Below are positions 1-9,755 of a stretch of 64,000 nt of DNA, piece by piece. Position numbers and translations under genes: made by a program. Below the pieces are notes generated by a model that saw only the letters and a program-made list of their open reading frames with translations, had not been told where the DNA came from and made no database searches. The DNA is from a virus (taxonomy: Duplodnaviria; Caudoviricetes), in the IMG/VR virus record IMGVR_UViG_3300043391_000370, positions 17,703 through 81,702 of that record, one strand, 5' to 3'. How positions within the stretch are numbered: the first letter of the stretch is position 1; each line of letters opens with the position of its first letter.

Positions 1-1884
1 ATCAATATTTGCCCCACCATTAGCATCAATAACTCCAGTAAAGGTACTAAATCCAGTAACTTGAAGATCTCTGGTTGTAGTTAATCCAGAAACTCCAAGA
101 TCCTTAATGGTTGCAATACCAGTGACCTGAAAATCTTTGGTTTTTAGAAACTCTGTGAACTCTGCTCTTCTACCACTAATTTCATCATAAAAAACATCAT
201 CTTTAACATATAAATCACCACCAACATATAAGTCACCACCAGTAGTGGTAATTCCACCATTAGATGCTAATGTTGTGATTCCAGCAATATTTAATTGTCC
301 ACCAACATTTAGATTTTTCTCAATTCCGACACCACCATTTACTATAAGAGCACCAGTATCTTTATCATCGGATTGTGTTGTGTCATTTACATAGACGGCA
401 TCATTTATTTGAGTCGTTCCTAACTGAGAATCTAAAATAAGATTTCCAATAGTTGTACTAATCGTATCTACAGAAAGTTTAATATTATCAAATGTACCAA
501 CACCAGTAACATTCAAATCATTAATGGTTGCAATTCCAGTGACTCTCAAATCTCTGGTGCTTGTAAAACCGGCAACATTTAATTTATTAGTAGTGGTTAC
601 TCCAATAACATCTAGATTTGTAGTAGTAGTGAGTCCAGTAACACCTAATGTTTTTATGGTTGCTATACCAGTTACATTTAAATTAATTAAATTTGTTCTC
701 TCAATATTAATATCACCAACTGTTAAAATACCAATATATCCATATTGTGAGGTAATAAAACCAACGGTGGCAATTCCAGATACAACAAGATTTCCATTAA
801 CCGTTGCTGTTGATGAGGTTAAAGAAATAATATTATTATAAGTTCCACCAGAATTTTTAGCATTTAATGAAATTGTGCCCCCAATAGAAGAATTAAAAAT
901 TCCAAAGATGCTATCCGTTCCACCATTTACAATAATATCTCCACCAACATCTGTAGTATTAGTAATATAAAGATTGTTACCTAGTGTGGTAACACCAGTA
1001 ACTATAAGACCATTGGTTGTAGTAATACCAGTAACACCTAAAGTTGCTATGGTAGATACACCAGTGACTCTTAAGTTATCAATCTCTGTCTGACCCTTAA
1101 ATCTAGAATACCCAAGAACATCTAAAAGATATGCTGGTTGAGTACTACCAATACCAATACGACTATTAACTGGATCGAATACAAAATTAGAAGCACCATC
1201 AACTAAACCAGCAGAATTATTATACTGTATATTTGTATATGTTCCACCGGCACCTGCTCTAATCGTGCTCTGATTTACCCAAAGTAATCCACCTAAACTA
1301 TTTTTAACTAATAATTCTCCATTGTTTCCGGATTGATTATTATAATCATAGATTGTACCTCTTAAACGAAGATCACCAGTTAGGTCAAGTTCTTGTGTTG
1401 GGAGTGTTGTTCCTATCCCAACATAGTTTGTAGAATTATCATAAAAGAGTCCCGATGCTCCCTTAAAATCATTATTATTATTGAATATAACTTGCCCCTG
1501 AGTACCTGGAGAAAATACTGTAATCGTAACTCCAGTTCCTGGAGATCCATCAGGATTTAAGTAACCTTTTGCAGTAATTGCGGAACCAACAAAGTTAAGT
1601 TGAGTAATGCTACTTACTCCACCTGCTGGGGTGATTAATCCTTCATCATATATTGAAATAGCTCCAGGAATTAATCCCCCACCAACAGGAACCCAATATC
1701 TTTGTCCAGGAAATCCAATAATTGATACTGATTGGTATTGTTGTCCAACAGGAAGTATGGCACCAGGAAGAACTGGATCACCAAGATTTGGTTCTGCCTG
1801 ATTTACTGCAAGATATTGATACCTATCTGAAGTAAGTCCAGATTGTGCTATTCTTTTAGATCTTCCGCTTAGATACTTTGCCAT
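1..1884 (-). CDS. Virion structural / tail-fibre-like protein (partial, runs off the left edge)
   Basis: Missing from the ORF track. ATG at 1884 reads MAKYLSGRSKRIAQSGL..., with VGIGTT..P and GVSTIATLGVTG motifs typical of cyanomyovirus fibre proteins. Confidence 0.8.
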   Translation of the reverse strand, partial: MAKYLSGRSKRIAQSGLTSDRYQYLAVNQAEPNLGDPVLPGAILPVGQQYQSVSIIGFPGQRYWVPVGGGLIPGAISIYDEGLITPAGGVSSITQLNFVGSAITAKGYLNPDGSPGTGVTITVFSPGTQGQVIFNNNNDFKGASGLFYDNSTNYVGIGTTLPTQELDLTGDLRLRGTIYDYNNQSGNNGELLVKNSLGGLLWVNQSTIRAGAGGTYTNIQYNNSAGLVDGASNFVFDPVNSRIGIGSTQPAYLLDVLGYSRFKGQTEIDNLRVTGVSTIATLGVTGITTTNGLIVTGVTTLGNNLYITNTTDVGGDIIVNGGTDSIFGIFNSSIGGTISLNAKNSGGTYNNIISLTSSTATVNGNLVVSGIATVGFITSQYGYIGILTVGDINIERTNLINLNVTGIATIKTLGVTGLTTTTNLDVIGVTTTNKLNVAGFTSTRDLRVTGIATINDLNVTGVGTFDNIKLSVDTISTTIGNLILDSQLGTTQINDAVYVNDTTQSDDKDTGALIVNGGVGIEKNLNVGGQLNIAGITTLASNGGITTTGGDLYVGGDLYVKDDVFYDEISGRRAEFTEFLKTKDFQVTGIATIKDLGVSGLTTTRDLQVTGFSTFTGVIDANGGANID

Positions 1885-1887
1885 ATC

Positions 1888-2547
1888 TTATACTAAACTA
1901 TTTTCCAAGATGCTACAAATAAACTCCATTTGTAATGGTGCAACTAATCCACCACTCACATAACTATGTGTAATTCCAGCACCTACACCAGAATTAGTCA
2001 CAAATGTCTTTGAAGTTCCTACATCACCAATAATGGAAGTTATAGTAAAAGATGCTTGTGGTGATGGAAAAATAGTCGTTGTGATTCCAGTTGATCCGGT
2101 GCAAATAAAATTAAGTCCACTCATTGTGACTTGATCATTTGCAACAAAATTATGAGCAGTTGAGGTTGTAATAGTAGTGATTCCTGTATAAGTATCATAT
2201 ACACAAGTACTAATAGAAACAGTACCTGATTGAGTTCCTCGTATTACAATGGAATCGGAAATAAGTGCCGTTCTTTCTAGTACCAATCTACCATCAATTA
2301 TGATTAAACTATCATTTGGTGGAATTTGAGACTCTTTAATGATTCTAATATCTCTAGTATTTGCTGTTTTATTTGTCTTTCTTCTATGCGTAAATGTAAT
2401 TGATGGATATGTATTGACTCCAACATTCGATACTTGTGCATAAAGAATAATTGAAGATACTCCAGTTGGGGTGGAGTAGACTGTTTGCTCTCCCGGTGCA
2501 ACCGGAACTGCAATTGTTAGAAACTTATTAACTGGTGCAACTGCCAT
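1888..2547 (-). CDS. Virion structural protein (219 aa), paralog of 55233..55574 with an extra inserted domain
   Basis: ORF track; N- and C-termini align by eye with the 113-aa ORF. Confidence 0.75.
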   Translation of the reverse strand: MAVAPVNKFLTIAVPVAPGEQTVYSTPTGVSSIILYAQVSNVGVNTYPSITFTHRRKTNKTANTRDIRIIKESQIPPNDSLIIIDGRLVLERTALISDSIVIRGTQSGTVSISTCVYDTYTGITTITTSTAHNFVANDQVTMSGLNFICTGSTGITTTIFPSPQASFTITSIIGDVGTSKTFVTNSGVGAGITHSYVSGGLVAPLQMEFICSILENSLV

Positions 2548-2551
2548 TTTT

Positions 2552-5500
2552 TTATCTCAATGCAAGAATTAAAGGTGTAACTTGTGCCTGTATTGCTTTA
2601 CTAAAATCTCTACCAGTAATTGTTGATGTTGTTTGATCCACTTGAATACCTTCACCAATGTTAAAGTTTCCTTTTTGATCTGTACTTGTATAGGGTATTT
2701 GGGCACCATCAAGAGCAACAATTTCATTTTCTTTGATGGGTACAGCACCCTTCAAAGGAGTTGAAGTATTTATATCGGTTCCAGTGCCAATATATTCAAA
2801 AGAATGTCCACTTGTGAGAATACGACTAATTCTTCTCATTTCAATCGCATCATTGGCATAAACAAGATAAGGGACAAATTCATTCAATGTTACTGTCGTT
2901 ACAGTACTAATTCCACTTAATGTTTTCGGTAATGTTGCCTCAGAAACTGTATAATAAATCGGTTCCATAACCGCAGTCAAATTATTTGTTGGAACTCCAT
3001 TAATCCTAACTTTCATATTTTGAGAAGAAAGATAATTTCTTCCACTATTGATTAGATCAACAGAAGTAATTTCTCCAGCATCATTAATTGTTGGAGAAAC
3101 TTCGGCAATAATTCCTTCTGGACCTAATGGAGTTGTATTATTTGTATTAAAATCGTAGATAGTAATATCGGGTGGTGACCCAGCACTATATCCAGAAAGA
3201 GTAGTACCTATTCCAATACTCTTCAATCTTTGCATTGGTGCAGTAATAATTCCAGTTTGTCCGGTATTATAATTTGAAAGATTGATCTTAAACCATAGTG
3301 CCTGACCATCATAAGGTCTTCTTATTTGAGTTCCGTCAGTTACATTTTTGAAGGTAATTATATCTGCTTCTGCAGTTGTGGTTGTGCTGACAATTCCAGT
3401 AAATTCTGTTCTACCCAGACCAACTGCATAAAGTCCAAAATTACCAAAAGATGAATTAGAGTTTGTAAGGTCACACTGCCCACCACTATCCACATAAATT
3501 GCCTTATCACAGTTAATGGTAAAGATAGAAACCAACTGAGCATATCCACCGTTTGTAATAGAGACACCAATACCTGCCTCATTATATTGCGTAAATGAGT
3601 CACAAACCATACACTTAAGGTCTGCACCAATAATATTAGTACCAGTAAAATTGGCACTTGCATGATCTCCATTAATCTTCATACCAATACTTAATGGCAT
3701 AAAGTTGGTACAGTTTCTTACATATGGAGATCTCCATCTTCCACTTGCACCTTCATTTGCAGGTCCTGGTGCAGTATATCCAGTCACTGCACCATAAGAT
3801 TTTCCTGCCACAATATCAGCAGTTATTGGTGGGAACGCAAGTGCTCCTCCACCAGGATTTGTTCGTCCAGTATCACATGAAAAGTTCATATTTTCAATCA
3901 GACATCCTCGTCTTACGTGAAAAATATCTTTACCAGTATTTTGAGGGACAACGGTAACAAGTCTCAAATCTTGTCCAGATACACCAACATCGGTTCTCAA
4001 TCCAATAGGATTATTCTCATAATAAACTCCTGGACGAACCATAATAGTATCTCCAGATTGAGCAATTGCTGCCGCAGCACCAATTGTAAGTTTGGCATCC
4101 CCTTCGGTATTTCCACCATTATCATCATTACCATACTTGGAAACCCAAATTAGATTTCTAGAATCTGCTCCTGCTGGTGCCCAAATAATCTTTCCGTCAG
4201 GATTATTAACTGGTACTGCATTTGGACCATTACTAATAATTGTAGTTACAATACCAGCACAAGTATAAATTGCAGATACTACATTAGAACAACCATTGGG
4301 ATTGGCATTTCCCCCAACATTTGTATCATCTTGAAGAGTTAAGTCCTTTATTTGACGAATGCTACTTACACCACTTTGATATGATTTTAGTAGTGGTGCA
4401 TTATTAATTACATATCTTGCAACAGTTGCAGCAGCACCAATCGCAGCAATAGAAGCAGCTTTAACATTAAGATCATTAATATAAAGTAAGGTATTTCCAC
4501 TATAATATGATCGACCAGCACCTACAGACTGAACATTACCACCTTTTGTAATGTCAACAGTAATTGCCTTTAGAATATCTTTAATATCATCCTTACATGA
4601 AGTATAATCTCCTGAAGTTAATGTAAATGCCGGACTTTTATAATCAGTACTGGTAATATATCCAACTGCCTCATTTGCAATGAAATCAAGATTCAAACGA
4701 ATCATATTTGCGGCATCAAAGAATCTACCACCAATGATTTCTCCAGAATCATCTACACTGACTTGTGTTAGTACTGATCTTGGAGTTTGATAGAAATTAG
4801 TATCGTACCCAACTTTATTATTTTTATCAATTATTGCTTTTCTAAATTTAACATCCTTTGCCAAATCAATATCAAACTCTGGATTGTAGGTCCCTATACC
4901 TACAGAACCAATCCCTGTAGTGGTAATAACTGTTCCAGCAATTCCAACTTTAAGAGTTGAATTTAAATTAGTTGCTCCACCAACATTTAAGTTCTCTTCA
5001 ATTCCAACACCACCTTCTACTATAAGTGCCCCAGTATCTTTAGTTGTAGAAGAAGTTGTAGAAAATACCTTAGCAACTCCACCAACATTTAAGTTCTCTT
5101 CAATTCCAACACCACCTTCTACTATAAGTGCCCCAGTATCTTTAGTTGTAGAAGAAGTTGTAGAAAATACCTTAGCAACTCCACCAACATTTAAGTTCTC
5201 TTCAATTCCAACACCACCATTTGTTATTACTAATGCACCATTATCCTTCGTAGTTGATGATGTAGAACTGGTAAAAGTAACATTTCCATCTACATTTAAC
5301 GTCCCTGTAACACCTTCATTTCCACCAATATAAGTATTTCCTTCAACACCCAGTCCACCATTTGCAATGACAACTGCTCCAGTATCTTTATTTGTCGATT
5401 GTATACTTGAATTAAAAGTCGAAAGTCCGTCAATATCTAAAGTTGACTCAAATTTAACTCCTTGTGTAGCACGAAAAGTTCCAGTAATATCTAATTTATA

Positions 5501-5842
5501 TGTTGGATTTGTAAGTCCTACCCCAACTTTTCCAGTAGAAGTAACTACGAGATCAGATCCAGTGGCACCAACTTGAAAATTTTCAAAAACTACAGATGTT
5601 CTAATACCAACATTAGTAAGTCTATATACTGCCGCACTTTGTCCCGTACCAGTAAATCCCCACAAATCTTGTGTTTGAATGTCAGCAATCCAATTAGGAT
5701 TACTTGGGTTTACGACTGGTATACAAGTATCTGTTCCAATACCAAGACTGTTTATTTGTTTAAAATTAATAGCACCAAATACCTGTGCTAGGTCATTTGT
5801 TGGAATAAATACACCTTGGTCTTGAACATAAAATCTTGTCAT
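2552..5842 (-). CDS. Large virion structural protein (1096 aa) with a pectin-lyase-like beta-helix region
   Basis: Motifs WVSKYGNDDNGG..GDAKLTIGAA, CDSFTQYNEAGIGVSITNGGYAQLVSIFTI and C-terminal SGHSFEYIGTG..STDQKGNF; paralog of 55578..58487. Confidence 0.8.
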   Translation of the reverse strand: MTRFYVQDQGVFIPTNDLAQVFGAINFKQINSLGIGTDTCIPVVNPSNPNWIADIQTQDLWGFTGTGQSAAVYRLTNVGIRTSVVFENFQVGATGSDLVVTSTGKVGVGLTNPTYKLDITGTFRATQGVKFESTLDIDGLSTFNSSIQSTNKDTGAVVIANGGLGVEGNTYIGGNEGVTGTLNVDGNVTFTSSTSSTTKDNGALVITNGGVGIEENLNVGGVAKVFSTTSSTTKDTGALIVEGGVGIEENLNVGGVAKVFSTTSSTTKDTGALIVEGGVGIEENLNVGGATNLNSTLKVGIAGTVITTTGIGSVGIGTYNPEFDIDLAKDVKFRKAIIDKNNKVGYDTNFYQTPRSVLTQVSVDDSGEIIGGRFFDAANMIRLNLDFIANEAVGYITSTDYKSPAFTLTSGDYTSCKDDIKDILKAITVDITKGGNVQSVGAGRSYYSGNTLLYINDLNVKAASIAAIGAAATVARYVINNAPLLKSYQSGVSSIRQIKDLTLQDDTNVGGNANPNGCSNVVSAIYTCAGIVTTIISNGPNAVPVNNPDGKIIWAPAGADSRNLIWVSKYGNDDNGGNTEGDAKLTIGAAAAIAQSGDTIMVRPGVYYENNPIGLRTDVGVSGQDLRLVTVVPQNTGKDIFHVRRGCLIENMNFSCDTGRTNPGGGALAFPPITADIVAGKSYGAVTGYTAPGPANEGASGRWRSPYVRNCTNFMPLSIGMKINGDHASANFTGTNIIGADLKCMVCDSFTQYNEAGIGVSITNGGYAQLVSIFTINCDKAIYVDSGGQCDLTNSNSSFGNFGLYAVGLGRTEFTGIVSTTTTAEADIITFKNVTDGTQIRRPYDGQALWFKINLSNYNTGQTGIITAPMQRLKSIGIGTTLSGYSAGSPPDITIYDFNTNNTTPLGPEGIIAEVSPTINDAGEITSVDLINSGRNYLSSQNMKVRINGVPTNNLTAVMEPIYYTVSEATLPKTLSGISTVTTVTLNEFVPYLVYANDAIEMRRISRILTSGHSFEYIGTGTDINTSTPLKGAVPIKENEIVALDGAQIPYTSTDQKGNFNIGEGIQVDQTTSTITGRDFSKAIQAQVTPLILALR
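4975..5218. repeat. Exact 102-bp tandem repeat (~2.4 copies) inside the CDS
   Basis: caacatttaag recurs at 4981, 5083 and 5185; encodes the 34-aa unit GVGIEENLNVGGVAKVFSTTSSTTKDTGALIVEG. Confidence 0.95.
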
Positions 5843-5863
5843 TTTATTTTCTTGTGTTAAAAA

Positions 5864-5871
5864 TATTTATA
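5864..5871 (-). promoter_or_regulatory. T4-type late promoter TATAAATA
   Basis: Exact consensus ~20 nt upstream of the 2552..5842 start codon. Confidence 0.7.
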
Positions 5872-5881
5872 GATCATAATA

Positions 5882-6415
5882 TTAAGAATAGAGTGGCACA
5901 CCTTCATCTAGAATGAACATTCCCTCAGTAGTGCCAATTCCTGGACCTCCTGGTACAGGTTCTATAACTATAGGAATCCATCTAATTCCTCTATCATCCA
6001 TTGCCAAATAATATCCATTTTCTCCAGGAGAGTTTACTGAGTCGTAAATATACTGATCAATTTTAACACTTCCGGCCACATCAAGTCTTTGTTGTGGTTC
6101 TGTGCTTCCAATACCAACTTTATTACTAACTAAGGCTGTTCCAGTTACATCAAGTTGTTTTTGTGGGTTGACATTACCAATACCAACTTTATCACTAACT
6201 ATTGCTATTCCAACTACATCAAGTGCTTGCCTTGCTGTAGTAGTAGTTCCTATTCCAGCTTTATTACTAACTATTAAATTATCAGAAAGTAAATTGATTA
6301 AATCTTCTGGTATCTTGTAAGTAGTACCAAACTCCGGATCCGGATCAGTTACAAACTCTATTTCGTCGGAAACAAAATATTTTTTAGCGTAAGTGAAAGT
6401 ACTAAATGCCGACAT
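5882..6415 (-). CDS. Virion structural protein (177 aa)
   Basis: Three KVGIG..P.Q.LDV.G repeats; position in the structural operon. Confidence 0.7.
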   Translation of the reverse strand: MSAFSTFTYAKKYFVSDEIEFVTDPDPEFGTTYKIPEDLINLLSDNLIVSNKAGIGTTTTARQALDVVGIAIVSDKVGIGNVNPQKQLDVTGTALVSNKVGIGSTEPQQRLDVAGSVKIDQYIYDSVNSPGENGYYLAMDDRGIRWIPIVIEPVPGGPGIGTTEGMFILDEGVPLYS

Positions 6416-6418
6416 GTT

Positions 6419-7129
6419 TTAGATTACCTTTTTATCATAGTGATACCCAGCTATCGACCTTTCAGAATTATCACCAGGATAATCTTCTATATCACCCTCA
6501 TATTCTACTATTAATTTTTCAGTATCTATTCTTTCTCCGTATACGTGGTAAAAGCAATGTATATTACTCGTATGATTAGATTCTAATACGATTTCAGTAC
6601 TATCAAATTTTTTTACAATAATATCTTGATGAAATTCAATTGGAGTAATTGAAACAGTAATAGTATTAGGATCTACAAGTTTTTTCCAATATTCTGGAAG
6701 TTCAATTACATTTTTATTTATTAATTTACCTCGAATATATACCGCCGCTTCTGGACCTTCAACACAACTATGAGTTAGTCTCCAACCATCTTTTGTTGGG
6801 TGGGGAATATCAAAGTTTTTCTTTGTCGAAAGTCTGTGCTTCCCATTATTGGAATAGACTTCTCCCTTTGCCTTAATATTTTTTTCTACATTTACATTCT
6901 TTTTTACATTTATATTTCCTTCTACATTTACGTCTTTATCTACATTTACATTCTTTTTAACATTTACATTGCCGTCTGTATTAATATTAGGTGTAGAAGG
7001 TTCTTCAGGATTTTTGATTACATTTAGATCTCCATAAAGATTGGAGTTATTAAAACCTTCTATGCCTGCCCAAAAAATTGGAGGTTCATTAAAATTTATT
7101 TGATTACTTAAGTAGGTTTTATCTGCCAT
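6419..7129 (-). CDS. Baseplate/tail protein (236 aa) with hexapeptide repeats and an FDIPHP..GPEA C-terminal domain
   Basis: NVNVKK/DVNVEG repeats and KNFDIPHPTKDGWRLTHSCVEGPE motif; downstream of gp5. Confidence 0.65.
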   Translation of the reverse strand: MADKTYLSNQINFNEPPIFWAGIEGFNNSNLYGDLNVIKNPEEPSTPNINTDGNVNVKKNVNVDKDVNVEGNINVKKNVNVEKNIKAKGEVYSNNGKHRLSTKKNFDIPHPTKDGWRLTHSCVEGPEAAVYIRGKLINKNVIELPEYWKKLVDPNTITVSITPIEFHQDIIVKKFDSTEIVLESNHTSNIHCFYHVYGERIDTEKLIVEYEGDIEDYPGDNSERSIAGYHYDKKVI

Positions 7130-7131
7130 TT

Positions 7132-7686
7132 TTATTTAATAAATTTATTAGTATCACCGGCATTAAAACTATTTTGCACAATATCATCACCTGCTGGAGA
7201 ACCTGGAGGGAATATTCTTTCCCCAGAAGAGGTTCCTTTTGGAGCAAGATTTCCCGTTTTTGCAACACAATCTGCCTGATTTGCCTGAACTACAAATCGA
7301 GAACCTGCCTTAATATTAACATTTCTTCCTGCACTTAGATTAATGTTTTCATCAGCATCAATAATAACATTTTTTGCTCTGATTCTTACATTACCATTTC
7401 TTTCTGCCGTAATCGTTACATCTCCATTTTTACCAGCAATAACAATATCTACACCACCTGTATTATTCTGTCCTGCAATTATTTCTATTGATCGATCATT
7501 ATAAAGTTTAAACATCCCATTGGCGTTACTTAGTCCAAATACATTCGTATCTTTATTGTCGGTAACTCCATAAAAACTATAAATGTCAGTACCATCCAAA
7601 CCTACCTGCTGATTCCTAATATCTAATCCAAAGTTAGGTCCTAGTTTCCAGTAACTTCTTTTTTGCCAGTCTGTTTCTTTAGTCAT
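7132..7686 (-). CDS. Probable gp5 C-terminal (beta-helix needle-like) fragment
   Basis: Beta-helix-like repeats (DVTITAERNGNVRIRAKNVIIDADENINLSAGRNVNIKAG) immediately after gp5. Confidence 0.55.
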   Translation of the reverse strand: MTKETDWQKRSYWKLGPNFGLDIRNQQVGLDGTDIYSFYGVTDNKDTNVFGLSNANGMFKLYNDRSIEIIAGQNNTGGVDIVIAGKNGDVTITAERNGNVRIRAKNVIIDADENINLSAGRNVNIKAGSRFVVQANQADCVAKTGNLAPKGTSSGERIFPPGSPAGDDIVQNSFNAGDTNKFIK

Positions 7687-7688
7687 TT

Positions 7689-9755
7689 TTATTTAACACA
7701 ATCAATAACTTGTTTCACTTCACCCTGATATACCTGTGCCGTAAATCCAAAGACAGGTTTTAATTTTGCTCCAGAACCAGTATTTGATATAACTCTTAAA
7801 ACTGGTCTGTCAGTAATGTTTTTAATATTTATGGGAGTAACACTGGAGATTGATCCATTATTAATTACAACATCATATTTATTTTTAAAGTTATCTGTTA
7901 CAATATCTCCGGGTTTATAATTATATCCAGGATTTTCAATAATAACTCTAGAGATTGTTATATTCTGTTGTTGCTGTAGTTGTCCTGCATCCTCCACAAC
8001 TACTGCACCTTCTATATCATTAGGTATCGGTTGATCTCCCAAAGTATATCCTTCACCATCAGAATTAATTACAATTGCCGTAACCTGCCCATTTTCAATA
8101 ACCGATTGAGCAACGGCACCATACCCCTTTCCACAATTATCTGAAATTGATACAAACGGTGGATATGTGTATCCAGAACCAGAAGATGTCATAATTGCAC
8201 CAATAATACTTCCAGTATCTCCCAAAATAGATCCAAAGATTGGAAGTGCCGATGCTCCAGAACCACCACCCCCAAATATATTAATTGTAGGTGGATTGCA
8301 AGTAGTTGGTGTTCCACCAAAACATGCACTCAATCCATTACCAGTAAAGTCTGGAAGACTAATGTTTGGGCTTAAGAAATCAAGAGATCCAACAACACTT
8401 TCAAGTGCAGATAATGGACTTTGGGCACCATCAGCAATAGATTTTGCAGTATTTGCAAGGCTTAGAATATCATTTACATTAAATGATGATGATTGAACAG
8501 GCCCAGAACCAATCTTCCATTTCTGAACACTATCCTCAGGATTTTCAGGTTCTTCCCCACAATTAAGAGATAATGAAATGCCAAGTAGACTTTCGGCAAG
8601 ATTTTTTACTGTATCCAGAAGATTAAAGTTACTAAAACTCAATAGTAAACCAAGAACACCAAGAACTGCAGACATTCCTGCTGTAATTAAATCAATAATT
8701 GCATTTAATATTCCACCAACAAACTGATCAATCACACAATTTACAACATTTGCAACATTTTTTAACAAGGCACATACCATATCTCCAATCAAAGATCCAA
8801 GTTGATCTATAATGCTGCCAATCAAACAAGGAATTAGTTTCTGTAATTGTTTGACTGGTTCAATTGTTGCTGCCTGTGCTTTTGCCCCTGCTAAATGTGC
8901 CGCAGACTTACTTTGTGTGGAAGCAAATACTGTTGCGTATGTAGTGTTATAAACACTTTTAGCACCTTGTTCTAGAGCAGGTTGCAATTTCTCATAAGTA
9001 CCATTTACAACTCCTCCAACAATTTCCGTACTAATACCCTGTATTTTTTTAGAGATTTCTTCACATAATTTTTCAACTTGAGCATCAATCCATTCTTGTG
9101 CTAGATTTGGATATGATTTAAGATCTTGCAAAAATTTAATTGCATTTTGCATTTCTGTGGAGATTTTATCAATCTTAGATCCAGGAATTGTGGTTCCAAG
9201 TTGTAGTGTATCGCCAATTACACTAGAATATGCAATTTTATTGATACTATTTGCAACTTGTGGGGGTAAATGAACGGGAGACTCTTGTGCTTCTGTTGTC
9301 TGCTCATTTGTTTGATTTTCCTTTAACTTAGATCCATCATTTTCTATTTTACTTGTATATCCTGTAAATGGTTGAAATGGCAATCTAAATTCTTCTTTTG
9401 ATGCTCCTTCTTTTGTTTTACCAAATACTCCTATAATAACGGGAAGTTGAGCATTATCACCATCCATAAAGAAACCGAATACGGAATCTCCTGGTGCAAC
9501 TTTTATACTCGTCGCATAATTTCCGGCACCACTACCATCAGTTGCGGATAATAAGACTTGTGCCCAAGGAAGATCATCATTTGATAAGTCCGCCTCATTG
9601 GACGGATGATACCCCATAATACGAACTTTACGTCTATTTCCCCATCCCTCTTTATCAAGTTGCTTCTTTTGAGCAGATTCTGGTGCTACTTGCCCAATCC
9701 ACCAAAGAAAACCATCTCTTCCAACGAAATTACTTTTGAGTAAAGACTGTTCCAT
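7689..9755 (-). CDS. gp5: Baseplate hub subunit gp5 (OB-fold N-terminus)
   Basis: N-terminal DGFLWWIGQV..RKVRIMGYHP..DLPWAQV..GDSVFGFFMDG..QLPVIIG is the gp5 OB-fold signature. Confidence 0.85.
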   Translation of the reverse strand: MEQSLLKSNFVGRDGFLWWIGQVAPESAQKKQLDKEGWGNRRKVRIMGYHPSNEADLSNDDLPWAQVLLSATDGSGAGNYATSIKVAPGDSVFGFFMDGDNAQLPVIIGVFGKTKEGASKEEFRLPFQPFTGYTSKIENDGSKLKENQTNEQTTEAQESPVHLPPQVANSINKIAYSSVIGDTLQLGTTIPGSKIDKISTEMQNAIKFLQDLKSYPNLAQEWIDAQVEKLCEEISKKIQGISTEIVGGVVNGTYEKLQPALEQGAKSVYNTTYATVFASTQSKSAAHLAGAKAQAATIEPVKQLQKLIPCLIGSIIDQLGSLIGDMVCALLKNVANVVNCVIDQFVGGILNAIIDLITAGMSAVLGVLGLLLSFSNFNLLDTVKNLAESLLGISLSLNCGEEPENPEDSVQKWKIGSGPVQSSSFNVNDILSLANTAKSIADGAQSPLSALESVVGSLDFLSPNISLPDFTGNGLSACFGGTPTTCNPPTINIFGGGGSGASALPIFGSILGDTGSIIGAIMTSSGSGYTYPPFVSISDNCGKGYGAVAQSVIENGQVTAIVINSDGEGYTLGDQPIPNDIEGAVVVEDAGQLQQQQNITISRVIIENPGYNYKPGDIVTDNFKNKYDVVINNGSISSVTPINIKNITDRPVLRVISNTGSGAKLKPVFGFTAQVYQGEVKQVIDCVK

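Noticed and set aside
524-6320. Plus-strand ORFs opposite the structural genes
   Set aside because: They are antisense shadows of Thr/Gly/Val-rich minus-strand frames.
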